Shown here in pieces: positions 17,636 to 27,884 of a stretch of DNA of 64,000 nt. The DNA is taken from NCBI GenBank assembly GCA_963844965.1, contig CAWJQC010000004.1:32001-96000 (forward strand), given 5' to 3'. The notes beneath the pieces were generated by a model. The model made no database searches, was not told the origin of the DNA, and saw only the letters and a program-made list of their open reading frames with translations. This DNA is from an uncultured bacterium (lineage in GTDB: Bacteria; Patescibacteriota; Minisyncoccia; UBA6257; 2-01-FULL-56-20). The translations under genes and the position numbers were made by a program. Within the stretch, counting starts at the first letter, position 1, and the number at the start of each line of letters is the position of its first letter.

Positions 17636-19514
17636 TTAAACGGTCCCTCGGGGTGACGCGCGGAACGCAGCCTCAACATCCAGGTCCTCCCAGCCGGCTT
17701 TCTTCAATTCGCCGCGAATCACGTCGTCCACAAACGCGGCGGCGCGGGCGGCCCTGATATATTCCACGAGCTCCGGATTCTGGGAACCGGCTTGGGTTGA
17801 TTTCACTTCCGCGGCCGGAGAAGCGGCGGTTGCGGCGTCCGCGCTAACTTGCCGCGCGGCTTCAGGGTTCGCCGCTGAAGCCGCTGAATTGTTTTTCTCC
17901 GCTTCTTCCCGCGTCGCCTCATGTTTTATAAGTTCTTTCTCTTCCGTCTCCAGCTTCACTATTTCCTCCTCCTCTTTTTTCATCCGCTTGCGAAGCATGA
18001 CTACGACAAACGCCGCTATTATCAGAACCAACACTCCGCCGCCCGCGATAAGCCACGCGGTGAGTCCGACTCCGCTCAGCCGCTCCTTTATGACATCCCA
18101 TGGCGTATCAAGCGACCCGCCCGCGGCGATAAGCGCCGCGCACTGCTCTATATACGGGTCAGCGTATTTGTTTACGGAGAATTTCGCGTCGGAATTCTCG
18201 GCTATCTTGAATTGCTCCGTCGCTTTCTTGCACTGCTTGGCGTGCAGAAGCGCGAGACCCTGTTCCATTGAATCGGTGAAGCCGCTTGTATCGTTTTTCA
18301 GCGACTGTGCGTCAAGCGCGGCTTTCGCCAGTTCAACCGGAACGGCGGATGCGAAATTATCCCCTAAAATGTCGCTGAGCCCCGATTCAAATGTCACCAA
18401 ACCAATGACCTCTCCGTCAGCTCCGAAGAGCGGCCCTCCGCTTGAACCTTCGGAGATCTTCGCGTCCGATTGCAATATTTTGAAATCCTTATTTTGGGAA
18501 TCTTTGATGGCGGTTATCACTCCCTGTGTGAACGTCGGCTCAAGATAATCTTGCGACCCGATACTGGGCCGTACCCGGAAAGCCAAACACGTAAATTTTC
18601 TGGCCGACAGCGGCCAACGCCGAAGCGCCGAGCTTCATGGCCGCGAGGTTACTTTCGCCAATCTTAAGAATAGCGACGTCCTTGTCGTCAAGGTTGTAGT
18701 TATCATTCACGCTCAAAACCGTTGCCGGAAACGAATCTTTGATAAGTTCGGTGAGTTTTTGTTTCGTTGATGTCGGATTCAGCACGACGACCTCCCGCAA
18801 GATGTCAAAGCGGCTGTTGGCTTCCAGGGCGGATAAAATTTTCTTTCCATATTCTTCTCCCATGCTTTCCGCATCCAGCGAGTCAATCCCTTTATCTTTA
18901 TAATACTTTTCCAAGTCCTGTATTTCATTCGGTTTCAAGGAGAACATTTCTTTGAATATCACCGACGTCATAGCCGCGCCGAGTATCGCCTGCCGCATGG
19001 TCTCTTCCGAAACAACATGGGAGTTTGTGAGGACCAGGCCGGATGGATTCACGACGAAACCGCTGCCCGCGAGATACTGCTCCGTGGAAGTGCCGTTAAC
19101 GGCGCCTGATTTCGGAAACGACACGGCAAACGTTCGGAGGTCAATGCTAAAATCGGGCACCGTTGAGGTTACCAGGAAATGCGTGAGCACCCGAACAATG
19201 GACGGCTTCGTTATGTCCGCCAATTCCTCTTCGCTCATCGCGAGCGGCTGCGGCGTGGGCATGCTCCAAAGATCGGAGAGCGACGCCGTCCCCGATCTCC
19301 CACCGCCGGGCAAACTGCGGAGAGCAACGGCGCCCAAAAACGCCGTGCTCACAAAAAGCGCGACCAAAAACAAAAAGAGCGGTAGCCATATCCGTCCACC
19401 TTCCCTACCGTTGCCGATAAATGGCATGTATAAATTATAACAAACCCGGAATGAGCCTGGCACTTCACGACAACTTAAACGTGGGTCTGAATTAACTCGT
19501 TCAAATCCAGCCAA
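17636..19514 (-). CDS. Trypsin-like (S1/HtrA-like) serine protease with a C-terminal TM anchor and a low-complexity tail. It is split into two ORFs by a frameshift near 18540-18586.
   Basis: Catalytic His (LVLTNSHVV), Asp (DVAILKI) and Ser (EGSSGGPLF), distributed across the two ORFs. Confidence 0.7.
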
Positions 19515-19555
19515 AACTTAACCCGTTGCCCTAAACACTTCGTGTCGGGCAGCTA

Positions 19556-19590
19556 AAACAAAAAAGCAGGCGATTCACCTGCTTTTTTGT
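19556..19590. terminator. Bidirectional terminator hairpin.
   Basis: AAAAAgcaggcgattcacctgcTTTTTTG. Confidence 0.55.
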
Positions 19591-19599
19591 TTTAGGCTG

Positions 19600-19671
19600 A
19601 GCCGATGGCCGGATTTGAACCGGCGACCTACTCCTTACCATGGAGTTGCTCTACCAGCTGAGCTACATCGG
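19600..19671 (-). tRNA. tRNA-Thr (GGU).
   Basis: rc GCCGATGTAGCTCAGCTGGTAGAGCAACTCCATGGTAAGGAGTAGGTCGCCGGTTCAAATCCGGCCATCGGCT. Confidence 0.85.
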
Positions 19672-19808
19672 CGAACTTAGTCCCGACGCGCTTCGGGCAT
19701 CGGTTTAAGTTTACTATTACGAAAACGCACAGTCAAAACACCGTGTTTTTATCCCGTCACACGGTCCTCATTTCTGGCGTGCCGGTGATTCTTCAAAAAT
19801 AGCCCGGA

Positions 19809-20060
19809 CTAGGCGGCACCGGCCGTGTCGGATTTGTCCTTGCTTATGCCGAGCTTGTTCATTAAACCCTTTCTCGTTTTCTCCAGCTCGGGCAACAGCA
19901 CTCGGTCCTCTACCGTAGAATTACCGGCTCCCATCCACATGTTCAATTCTGCAATCCGCTTCTCAAGATTCTTAAGCTCGGCTATATCGGCCTCGCGCCT
20001 TGCCATTTTTGCCTCATCCTCTAACCTTTTTTCTTTTCGTTCAAACCATCCCATAAACAA
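19809..20060 (-). CDS. Small hypothetical protein.
   Basis: 83-aa ORF between the tRNA genes, coiled-coil-like. Confidence 0.35.
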   Translation of the reverse strand: MFMGWFERKEKRLEDEAKMARREADIAELKNLEKRIAELNMWMGAGNSTVEDRVLLPELEKTRKGLMNKLGISKDKSDTAGAA

Positions 20061-20148
20061 ATGTTAGCAAGCAAACGCCACAATATCAATATTTATGCCT
20101 ACGCGTCTTATTTAAACCGAACTGTTTTACCCCACACTTTCCGCCGAA

Positions 20149-20179
20149 TGAGCCGAGGAGAGGAGTCGAACCTCCAACC
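20149..20179 (-). other. tRNA 3'-half-like fragment (T-arm + acceptor 3' strand).
   Basis: rc GGTTGGAGGTTCGACTCCTCTCCTCGGCTCA. No matching 5' acceptor or D-arm within 70 nt. Confidence 0.5.
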
Positions 20180-20213
20180 TACGGTTTATCCCGATTTTGC
20201 AAAATTTGCCTTG

Positions 20214-20285
20214 AGCCGGCGGTCGGATTTGAACCGACGACCTGCTGTTTACAAAACAGCTGCTCTGCCGCTGAGCTACGCCGGC
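20214..20285 (-). tRNA. tRNA-Thr (UGU).
   Basis: rc GCCGGCGTAGCTCAGCGGCAGAGCAGCTGTTTTGTAAACAGCAGGTCGTCGGTTCAAATCCGACCGCCGGCT. Confidence 0.85.
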
Positions 20286-20400
20286 AATTTTTTTGCAAAA
20301 TCGCGGACTCGCGATATTGTAAGCAAATCGTAGATTTGCACAATATCGGAGCAAAACCGTTGCTCCCTGCCCCGCACCGAGCTTTGCTCTGGTGCGCGGG

Positions 20401-20420
20401 TGCCATTGAACTACCTCGAC
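20401..20420 (-). other. tRNA 5'-half-like fragment (acceptor 5' strand + D-arm start).
   Basis: rc GTCGAGGTAGTTCAATGGCA. GTCGAGG is complementary (one G-U) to the CCTCGGC of the fragment at 20149-20179. Confidence 0.4.
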
Positions 20421-20480
20421 AAATATGCCTGAACCCAAAAATTATTCTAACAGAAAATTGAAAAATCGGCAATTTTCATC

Positions 20481-20510
20481 AAAAAAGCCCCGCGCTCGAA
20501 GCACGGGGCT
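20481..20510 (-). terminator. Intrinsic terminator downstream of the 20521-20784 gene.
   Basis: gccccgtgcttcgagcgcggggc followed by TTTTTT on the minus strand. Confidence 0.55.
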
Positions 20511-20520
20511 ACTCAAAATA

Positions 20521-20784
20521 TCATTGCGCCAATACCTTGTTAGGTTGAGCAACTTGCCGTCTCCCGGTGTATCCCCTGATCTCACTCAGCCCGGCATAAA
20601 TGACGTGACCAACCATCAATTCCGGACGATCTTCGTCCATACCCCCTACAAACTCACAGGGAAAACCGGCTCCCATAACAAGCTGGCAAGCATCCCTTGA
20701 TTCGTTTGACACTCCAAAGATCAGAAGGGCTTCATCTCTGATGGGGATTTCTGTTGCCATTACAAGTCTCCTTTCGTAATTCAT
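20521..20784 (-). CDS. Hypothetical protein.
   Basis: 87-aa ORF with its own terminator. Confidence 0.4.
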   Translation of the reverse strand: MNYERRLVMATEIPIRDEALLIFGVSNESRDACQLVMGAGFPCEFVGGMDEDRPELMVGHVIYAGLSEIRGYTGRRQVAQPNKVLAQ

Positions 20785-20919
20785 AATAAACTACTTTCAT
20801 AATAAGTCGCGGCGCAAATTTTGTCAAATTTTCACGCATATGTGCATAAATCCTCTTTCGCGGACGCGAGAATTTCTCTATGATTAAGGAAACAACAACC
20901 GAGACCGTCAAAATTTTTT

Positions 20920-23900
20920 ATGTCCAAGTTCACGCATCTCCATATCCACTCCCACTATTCTCTGCTTGACGGCCTCACAAAAATTGACGACCTTGTCGCG
21001 CGGGTAAAGGAACTCGGAATGGATTCGGTAGCGCTCACCGACCACGGCGTTCTCTACGGCGCCGTTGAATTTTACAAAAAGGCGCGGGCCGCCGGCATAA
21101 AACCGATCCTCGGCCTCGAAACCTACGTCGCGCCGAGGGACAGGTTCAGTAAAGAAACGAGTGAGCGGTATTATCACCTCATACTCCTCGCGGAAAGCAA
21201 CACCGGCTGGAAAAATCTCATAAAACTTTCCACCAAAGCGCACCTGGAAGGGTTTTATTACAAACCCCGCGTTGACAAAGACCTTCTGCGGGAATGCCAC
21301 GAGGGACTCATCGCGCTCTCGGCATGCCTAGGCAGCGAGATCGGCCAGGCGCTCCTTGAAGGCAACACGGAAAAAGCTGAGCGCATCGCTCGGGAGTATG
21401 AAGAAATATTCGGCAAAGGAAATTATTTTCTGGAGATCCAAAAACATCCGCGCATTGCCGATTCAGAAAAGATAGAGACGGGACTCATAGACCTGTCGCG
21501 CGCTACCGGCATCCCTCTCGTCGCCACGCAGGACAGCCACTACCTCCGCTCAGAGGATGCGGAATACCACGACGTGCTTCTCGCTGTGCAGACCGGCAAT
21601 CAACTCGCCGACCAGGACCGCCTGACGATGAAAGACGATGACTTCTCCCTCCTTTCTCCGGAAGCAATGGCGGAAAAATTCGTGCGCGTTCCCGAAGCCA
21701 TCGCCCAGACTTCCGTTATCGCCGAGCGCTGCAATGTTGAACTGCAACTCGGAAAAGTTATCCTGCCGAATTTTCCCAAGCCGGAGGATAAAACCGCGAA
21801 CGAATACCTGAGCGACTTGATAAACGAAAAGATCGGTAATCGCTTCACAAAAGAAAAACAAACTCCTGAACTTTTGAAGCGATTGGAATACGAGCTCACT
21901 ACGATCGAGAAGACCGGATTCGCCGATTACTTTTTGATAGTCGCGGACATGATCAACTGGGCCAAAACCCACGGCATAGCCGTAGGCCCTGGCCGCGGTT
22001 CCGCCGCCGGAAGCCTGGCTTCGTATATCCTCGGCATAACGGACATCAATCCGCTTGAATACAACCTCCTTTTTGAGAGATTCCTGAACCCCGACAGGGT
22101 TCAAATGCCGGACGTTGACATGGATTTCGCCGACACGCGGCGCGATGAGGTCCTGGCATATCTGCGCGAAAAGTACGGCACCGACCATGTGGCGCAGATA
22201 ATAACTTTCGGAACGATGATGGCGAGAGCGGCGTTGCGGGACGCGGGCCGCGCGATGGGATTTAGCTATAATTTCTGCGACCAAATCGCCAAGCTGATCC
22301 CGTTCAATCCGACACAAGGAATGAAAGAAGGATGGCTGGACAGGTGTCTCGCCATGGTGCCGGAACTTAAATCCACCTACGAAGGCAATGTGGACGCCAA
22401 GCGCCTCATTGACACCGCACGGCATCTTGAAGGAGTGGCGCGCCACGCGTCGGTCCACGCCTGCGGTACGGTGATCTCCAAAGAGCCGCTCGTGAATTAC
22501 CTGCCGTTGCAGCTCGCGCCACAGGACAAAAACAATGTCATCACACAATTTGAGATGCACAGCGTGGAAGACCTGGGACTCCTCAAAATGGATCTCTTGG
22601 GACTCAGGAACCTCACCGTAATAGAGGAAACCGTACGCCTCGTGAAAGACACGCGCGGCGAGGAGTTGAAAATTTCCGAACTGCCGCTCAACGACAAAAA
22701 AACATTTGAACTTCTGCGGGCGGCGAACACCACGGGCGTCTTCCAGTTCGAAAGTTCCGGCATGAAACGCTATATGAAGGAAATTGAACCGACAAGCATT
22801 GAAGACCTAATCGCCCTCGTCGCTCTTTTCCGCCCCGGCCCGATGGAACTTATTCCGTCCTTTATCAATCGCAAGCATGGGCGGGAAAAAATCACATATC
22901 TTCATCCCCTGCTTGAACCAATCCTAAAAAACACCTACGGCATCGGCGTTTATCAGGAACAAATGATGCAAATCGCCCGCGACCTCGGCGGCTACACGCT
23001 CGCGGAAGCCGACACCCTGCGGAAAGCGATCGGCAAGAAAATAAAAAAACTTCTGGACGAACAGAAAGAAAAACTCATAAGCGGCATGCGCAAAAAAGGC
23101 ATACCGCAAAAGACGGCGCAAGCTATCTGGGAACTCTTCCCACCTTTTGCGCGCTACGGTTTCAACAAATCGCACGCCGCCTGCTACGCCCTGATCGGCT
23201 ACCGGACTGCATATCTCAAAGCGCACTATCCGGAGGAATTCATGGCGGGACTCCTCAATTCCGAGCTGAGCGATATTGACCGCATCTCGGTTCTCATAGA
23301 AGAAGCGAAGCAGTCCAACATCGGGATACTGCCGCCGGACATTAATAAAAGTTTCGTAAATTTCACACCAGAGGGAGAAAAAATCAGGTTCGGTCTGGTA
23401 GCTGTGAAAAATGTCGGCGAAGAGATAGCGAAGAACATCATAGAAGAACGGATCCGCGGCGGCCCGTTCAAGAATTTTGAGGATTTCCTCTCGCGGGTTC
23501 AGCACAAAGACCTGAACAAAAAATCCCTGGAGTCGCTCATAAAAGGCGGCGCGTTTGACTCGCTTGGCGTGGAGCGCAATCAGGCCCTCCAAGGAATGGA
23601 GGATGTGCTCAGGTTCGCGAACGTTTTCCGCAAAGGCGCAGCATCCATGAATGGCAGAAGTACTTCCCTCTTCGGTGTGAGCACGCCCAAAGCTTCGTTA
23701 AAATTGAAAATTGTTCCGCCGGCGACAAACGAGGAAAAGCTTGCCTGGGAAAAGGAACTCCTCGGATTCTACCTGTCCGAGCATCCTCTGAAGGCCTACG
23801 AGAAAAAAATAAACGGCTACAACGCGAAGCCGATATCCGAAGTGCGGAAGATAACGAACGGCCAGCTTACGGTGCGGACCGCGGGCCTTGTCTCACAAAT

Positions 23901-24117
23901 CAAAAAAATTCTCACGAAGAACGGCCAGCCGATGCTCTTCGCGAAAATTGAGGACCTCTCCTCGCAGCCTATTGAGGTTGTCGTATTCAACAGCACTTTA
24001 GAAAAAACGGCGAAGGCCTGGGTTCTAAACAACGTCGTCCTGCTTGAAGGCCGCGTCAACTGGCGCGACAACGAACCCAAAATCATCTGCGAGCGAGCGG
24101 CGAAGCTGGAAGCGTAA
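20920..24117 (+). CDS. dnaE: DNA polymerase III alpha subunit.
   Basis: PHP domain HLHIHSHYSLLDG. Full 1065-aa PolIIIalpha architecture. Confidence 0.9.
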   Translation: MSKFTHLHIHSHYSLLDGLTKIDDLVARVKELGMDSVALTDHGVLYGAVEFYKKARAAGIKPILGLETYVAPRDRFSKETSERYYHLILLAESNTGWKNLIKLSTKAHLEGFYYKPRVDKDLLRECHEGLIALSACLGSEIGQALLEGNTEKAERIAREYEEIFGKGNYFLEIQKHPRIADSEKIETGLIDLSRATGIPLVATQDSHYLRSEDAEYHDVLLAVQTGNQLADQDRLTMKDDDFSLLSPEAMAEKFVRVPEAIAQTSVIAERCNVELQLGKVILPNFPKPEDKTANEYLSDLINEKIGNRFTKEKQTPELLKRLEYELTTIEKTGFADYFLIVADMINWAKTHGIAVGPGRGSAAGSLASYILGITDINPLEYNLLFERFLNPDRVQMPDVDMDFADTRRDEVLAYLREKYGTDHVAQIITFGTMMARAALRDAGRAMGFSYNFCDQIAKLIPFNPTQGMKEGWLDRCLAMVPELKSTYEGNVDAKRLIDTARHLEGVARHASVHACGTVISKEPLVNYLPLQLAPQDKNNVITQFEMHSVEDLGLLKMDLLGLRNLTVIEETVRLVKDTRGEELKISELPLNDKKTFELLRAANTTGVFQFESSGMKRYMKEIEPTSIEDLIALVALFRPGPMELIPSFINRKHGREKITYLHPLLEPILKNTYGIGVYQEQMMQIARDLGGYTLAEADTLRKAIGKKIKKLLDEQKEKLISGMRKKGIPQKTAQAIWELFPPFARYGFNKSHAACYALIGYRTAYLKAHYPEEFMAGLLNSELSDIDRISVLIEEAKQSNIGILPPDINKSFVNFTPEGEKIRFGLVAVKNVGEEIAKNIIEERIRGGPFKNFEDFLSRVQHKDLNKKSLESLIKGGAFDSLGVERNQALQGMEDVLRFANVFRKGAASMNGRSTSLFGVSTPKASLKLKIVPPATNEEKLAWEKELLGFYLSEHPLKAYEKKINGYNAKPISEVRKITNGQLTVRTAGLVSQIKKILTKNGQPMLFAKIEDLSSQPIEVVVFNSTLEKTAKAWVLNNVVLLEGRVNWRDNEPKIICERAAKLEA

Positions 24118-24119
24118 TT

Positions 24120-24230
24120 TTAGAAAATAGTAAGTAGAAATTAGAAAATAGAATTTTGTCGGGATTTTCGGCGAAGTTCCGATTTCTATTTTCTATTTAC
24201 TATTTTCTACTTTCTATCTACGATATTGCT
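24120..24230. repeat. Long imperfect AT-rich inverted repeat (TAGAAA-type spacer) between convergent dnaE and the nucleotidyltransferase gene.
   Basis: agaaaatagtaagtagaaattagaaaatagaa ... ttctattttctatttactattttctactttct. Confidence 0.55.
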
Positions 24231-24614
24231 TTTATATCTATGCGGCTCGTGCGCCCTCAAAACAACCATCTTCGGCCGCCAACGAAATTCCTTGCGGTGA
24301 TTTTTCAGGTCCTCTTTGAGCGCCACCTGGTCGTAACCCAAAGCGATAACGTCGGGCTTGTGCTTTTTCACGACCTCGTAAACGCCGAGTTCAGCGTCGC
24401 CGAGCGCGACCTCGTCAACAAGAGGTTCTTTTCGCAGGTCGTCAATTCTCCGCGCGAGATTTCTCTGCGGCAGACGGCCCTTCAAGTACTCAGCCGTATG
24501 GTCCTGCGCGACTGCGACGAGCAAATAATGGCCGTATTCCCTGGCTTGTTTAAAAAATTGACGGTGACCTTCATGGATGCCGTCAAAAACGCCGAAGACC
24601 AGAACTTTTTTCAT
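24207..24614 (-). CDS. Cytidylyltransferase-like nucleotidyltransferase (TagD/HIGH family).
   Basis: VFGVFDGIHEGH. Confidence 0.65.
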   Translation of the reverse strand: MKKVLVFGVFDGIHEGHRQFFKQAREYGHYLLVAVAQDHTAEYLKGRLPQRNLARRIDDLRKEPLVDEVALGDAELGVYEVVKKHKPDVIALGYDQVALKEDLKNHRKEFRWRPKMVVLRAHEPHRYKSNIVDRK

Positions 24615-24676
24615 GTATCACGCAACATGAAACATGTAGCAGTTAAAACGGTGCTACATGTTTCGTGTTATATGTT

Positions 24677-26125
24677 TCATTTTTTCGGACGCATCAGCGG
24701 GAAAATCACGGTCTCGCGCACGGGCTTGTCCATCAAAATCGCGAATAGGCGCTCTGACATGCCGAAACCGGCGGCGGGCGGCATACCGTACTCCATAGCT
24801 TCCAAGTAATCCTCGTCCAGCCGCTGGGCTTCATTGTCCCCTTCCGCACGCAACTTCATCTGCTCCTCAAACCGCGCGCGCTGGTCAAGGGGGTCATTCA
24901 GTTCCGAAAAACCATTTCCCACTTCCGTGCCACAGGCCACTACCTGAAACCGTTCCGCGACTTTCGGATTTTTCCGACTGCGTTTGGCCAAGGGTACTAA
25001 TTCAACCGGTGGGTCAACCAAAAAGCACGGCTCAATCAGTTTGGGTCGGATGGCTTTCTTATATATCAGATCAATAAGGCGTCCTCTGCCGAGATTTTCC
25101 TCCGGCTGCAGGCCGAAAGAACGTGCCGTGATAAAAAGCTCTTTGCGCGTGGCAACCGTCGGGTCAAGCCCGGCAGCTTTCTTAAATTCCTCCACGTAAT
25201 TCACTTTCGGCCACCTCTTCCCCCAGTTTATTTTTTTGCCGCCGAAGGTCACGGTAAAACCGCCGCAGGTTTTTTTGACAACGGCTTTGTACATTTTTTC
25301 CACGGACGCCATCATGTCGTTGTAATCGGCGTAAGCCCAGTAGTATTCCATGTGCGTGTAGTCCTGCAGATGTTCCTTGTCTATGCCTTCGTTGCGGAAC
25401 ACGCGGCCAATCTCAAAGACCCTTTCAAAACCGGCGACGAGAAGTTTTTTCAAAGACAGTTCCATGGATATGCGCAGGTAGAAGTCAACATCCAGCGCAT
25501 TGTGATGCGTTTTGAACGGCTCGGCGTCCGCGCCTCCGGGAACGCTCTCCAGAACGGGCGTTTCCACTTCCAAAAATCCTTCGCCCTTAAGATAATTGCG
25601 GATAGTTTCCCAAAAAACGGCTTTCTTCTCAAAAAGCACCTTTGCTTCCGGATTCATAAGCAAATCCAGGTATCGTTTCCGCAGGCGCGTTTCAATGTCT
25701 TCCAGCCCGTACCACTCGCTCGGCAACGGACGCAGGGATTTCGCCAGTATTTTAAGCTCTTTAACTTCCAGACTTTCCTCTCCTTTTTTCGTCTTGAACA
25801 ACGAGCCACCCGCGTAAATAAAATCGCCGATGTCCAAAACGGATTTCCAAAATTCAAAATCCGGCAAATTGTCTTTCTTCAAAACCAGCTGCAGCTTGCC
25901 CGTGGCGTCTGCCAGATCAAGAAACACGATATTCCCCTGGTCGCGCGAGCCCAAAATGCGCCCGACCAAAGAAATCTTCTTCCGGGATTTCGCCAGCGCG
26001 TTGAATCTTTTCCGCGCCTCGGCAATCGCAAGCGTCCGCTTCGCCTCCGGCGGATACGGGTCGAGCTTCACTTTCTTTATTTCTTCCAGCTTCTTCAACC
26101 GCTCTTTGATAAGATCGTCAAGCAT
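24677..26125 (-). CDS. lysS: Lysyl-tRNA synthetase (class II).
   Basis: N-terminal OB anticodon-binding domain plus a class II core. ...FEIGRVFRNEGID.... Confidence 0.85.
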   Translation of the reverse strand: MLDDLIKERLKKLEEIKKVKLDPYPPEAKRTLAIAEARKRFNALAKSRKKISLVGRILGSRDQGNIVFLDLADATGKLQLVLKKDNLPDFEFWKSVLDIGDFIYAGGSLFKTKKGEESLEVKELKILAKSLRPLPSEWYGLEDIETRLRKRYLDLLMNPEAKVLFEKKAVFWETIRNYLKGEGFLEVETPVLESVPGGADAEPFKTHHNALDVDFYLRISMELSLKKLLVAGFERVFEIGRVFRNEGIDKEHLQDYTHMEYYWAYADYNDMMASVEKMYKAVVKKTCGGFTVTFGGKKINWGKRWPKVNYVEEFKKAAGLDPTVATRKELFITARSFGLQPEENLGRGRLIDLIYKKAIRPKLIEPCFLVDPPVELVPLAKRSRKNPKVAERFQVVACGTEVGNGFSELNDPLDQRARFEEQMKLRAEGDNEAQRLDEDYLEAMEYGMPPAAGFGMSERLFAILMDKPVRETVIFPLMRPKK

Positions 26126-26363
26126 TAGATTAATTATGCCCCATTATCAATCAAAATTCAAAATCGGGATAACATAAAAAGCTGTTTTTGCCGACAGGCT
26201 AAAACACCTTATATCCAAAAGAATTGAGTGGCGTTTCTTGGGAAACCCGCAGCCGATTTAGCTAGGTCTTTGCCGAAAGGCAAAGTAAATCGGCGAGGAC
26301 AAGTCGAATTTGCCGCCGGAGCAAATTCGACGGGTTCCCAAGAAATCTCGCCGCTCGATTCCC

Positions 26364-26823
26364 TCACTCTATCTTAGTAATCTGGTATACAATCTGTCCC
26401 GCCGGCGCGTTAACGGTCACGCTGTCGCCGACTTTCCTGCCGATGAACGCTCTGCCGAGCGGCGATTCGTCGGAAATCTTTCCTTCCTCCGGCTTCGCTT
26501 CATAAGAACCGACTATCGTGTAACGCGCAATCTGATTCTCCTTTCTTGGCGAAAACCGTGGAGCAGACGCCAACTTTCTCCGCTCCTTCTGTCTTCTTTA
26601 TAATCACCGCTTTTTTCAGAAGTTCCTCCAGATCAAAAATCCGCGTCTCAACGAGCGCCTGCTCTTCCCTCGCCTCCGCGTACTCGGAATTTTCCGAAAG
26701 GTCGCCGTATTCCTTCGCGTGACGCAAACGCTCCGCGATTTCCGCGCGTTTCGTATTTTTCAGAACGTCAAGTTCCTGCTTCAATTCCTCAAGACGTTCT
26801 TTTGTTAAGTAATATCTGTCCAC
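26364..26823 (-). CDS. greA: Transcription elongation factor GreA. It is split by a frameshift near 26540.
   Basis: N-terminal coiled-coil ORF 26500-26823 plus the C-terminal FKBP-like ORF 26364-26573 (GRAFIGRKVGDSVTVNAPAG). Confidence 0.7.
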
Positions 26824-26885
26824 GATAGAAAATTAAAAAATTTAAAAATCAAAATGCAAAATTTGGGTGTCCTACGGACCAGATT

Positions 26886-27749
26886 TTATAATTTGTCAAT
26901 TTTAAATTTTTCATTGTTATTTTGAACTTTGATTTTTACATTTTCAACTTGATACTTGCCGGTCCACAGCCACCAACGAATTTTACACGTTTCCCATAAA
27001 GTTTTCAAGTAGGCGGAAGCCGGAAGCCTTGAGCGGGCATCGTTCACCCAATGAACCGGAATTTCCTTAATTTTGTAGCCGAATTTCTTGGCCAATGCCA
27101 GGATCTCCACGTCAAATCCCCAACCGCTGATTTTTGATAAATTGAAAATTTTTTCCGCTGCCTCATCCGTAAACGCCTTGAAGCCACACTGCGTGTCCCA
27201 AATCTTCGGCAACAGCAGTGCTTGAATGATCAAATTCCCGACCTTTCCCGGGATCTGGCGGTAGAAGGGCTGCGGCGGGTCAAGTTTGCTTCCTTTGAGC
27301 ACGCGGTCACAGATCACGACATCATATCTCTCGCGCGCCGCCACGGTCGGCGCAGAAAGCGTTCCCAGTTTCATATCATCCGAATCCGACTCAACTGGTA
27401 CGCCTCCCGGAGCAAAATACGGCATCATGGCATTGAAGTGATCTATGGACGTAGAATTGTCGGCATCGGTGAAGAGCCGAATCTTCCCCCTTGCGAGAAG
27501 CATTCCCTGCCGGACAACTCCGCCCTTGCCCTTGTTCTCGGAATTATCTATCAGCTTGAGGTTTTTGATAAGCTTCGCCATATTGCTGACGATTTGGGCG
27601 GTGTTGTCCTTTGAGCCGTCGTTCACGACCAAAATTTCGTAGGAATATTCCGCGTCTGCCAGGCGCTTGTCAATATCAACGAGCGTCAAGGGCAGCCGCT
27701 CGGCCTCGTTGTAGGCGGGAATGATGATAGAAAGATAGGGCTGGGCCAT
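26886..27749 (-). CDS. Family-2 glycosyltransferase (Dpm1-like).
   Basis: LSIIIPAYNE...VVNDGSKDNT...DAD. Confidence 0.75.
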   Translation of the reverse strand: MAQPYLSIIIPAYNEAERLPLTLVDIDKRLADAEYSYEILVVNDGSKDNTAQIVSNMAKLIKNLKLIDNSENKGKGGVVRQGMLLARGKIRLFTDADNSTSIDHFNAMMPYFAPGGVPVESDSDDMKLGTLSAPTVAARERYDVVICDRVLKGSKLDPPQPFYRQIPGKVGNLIIQALLLPKIWDTQCGFKAFTDEAAEKIFNLSKISGWGFDVEILALAKKFGYKIKEIPVHWVNDARSRLPASAYLKTLWETCKIRWWLWTGKYQVENVKIKVQNNNEKFKIDKL

Positions 27750-27884
27750 TGAAATAGAAAATAGAATTTAGAAAGTAGAAAGTAGTAGGTAGTAGGAAGA
27801 AAAAACTGAAAATTTCTAAATTCTAATTTCTGATTTCTAAACAATTAAAATTATAACACAAAAGAAACAGCTGAAATTCCACGC

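Noticed and set aside
20340-20420. Possible complete third tRNA on the minus strand.
   Set aside because: No D-stem closure, no anticodon arm and no 3' acceptor can be formed. Only the 5'-fragment interpretation holds.
21550-22560. 336-aa minus-strand ORF.
   Set aside because: It lies entirely antisense within dnaE.
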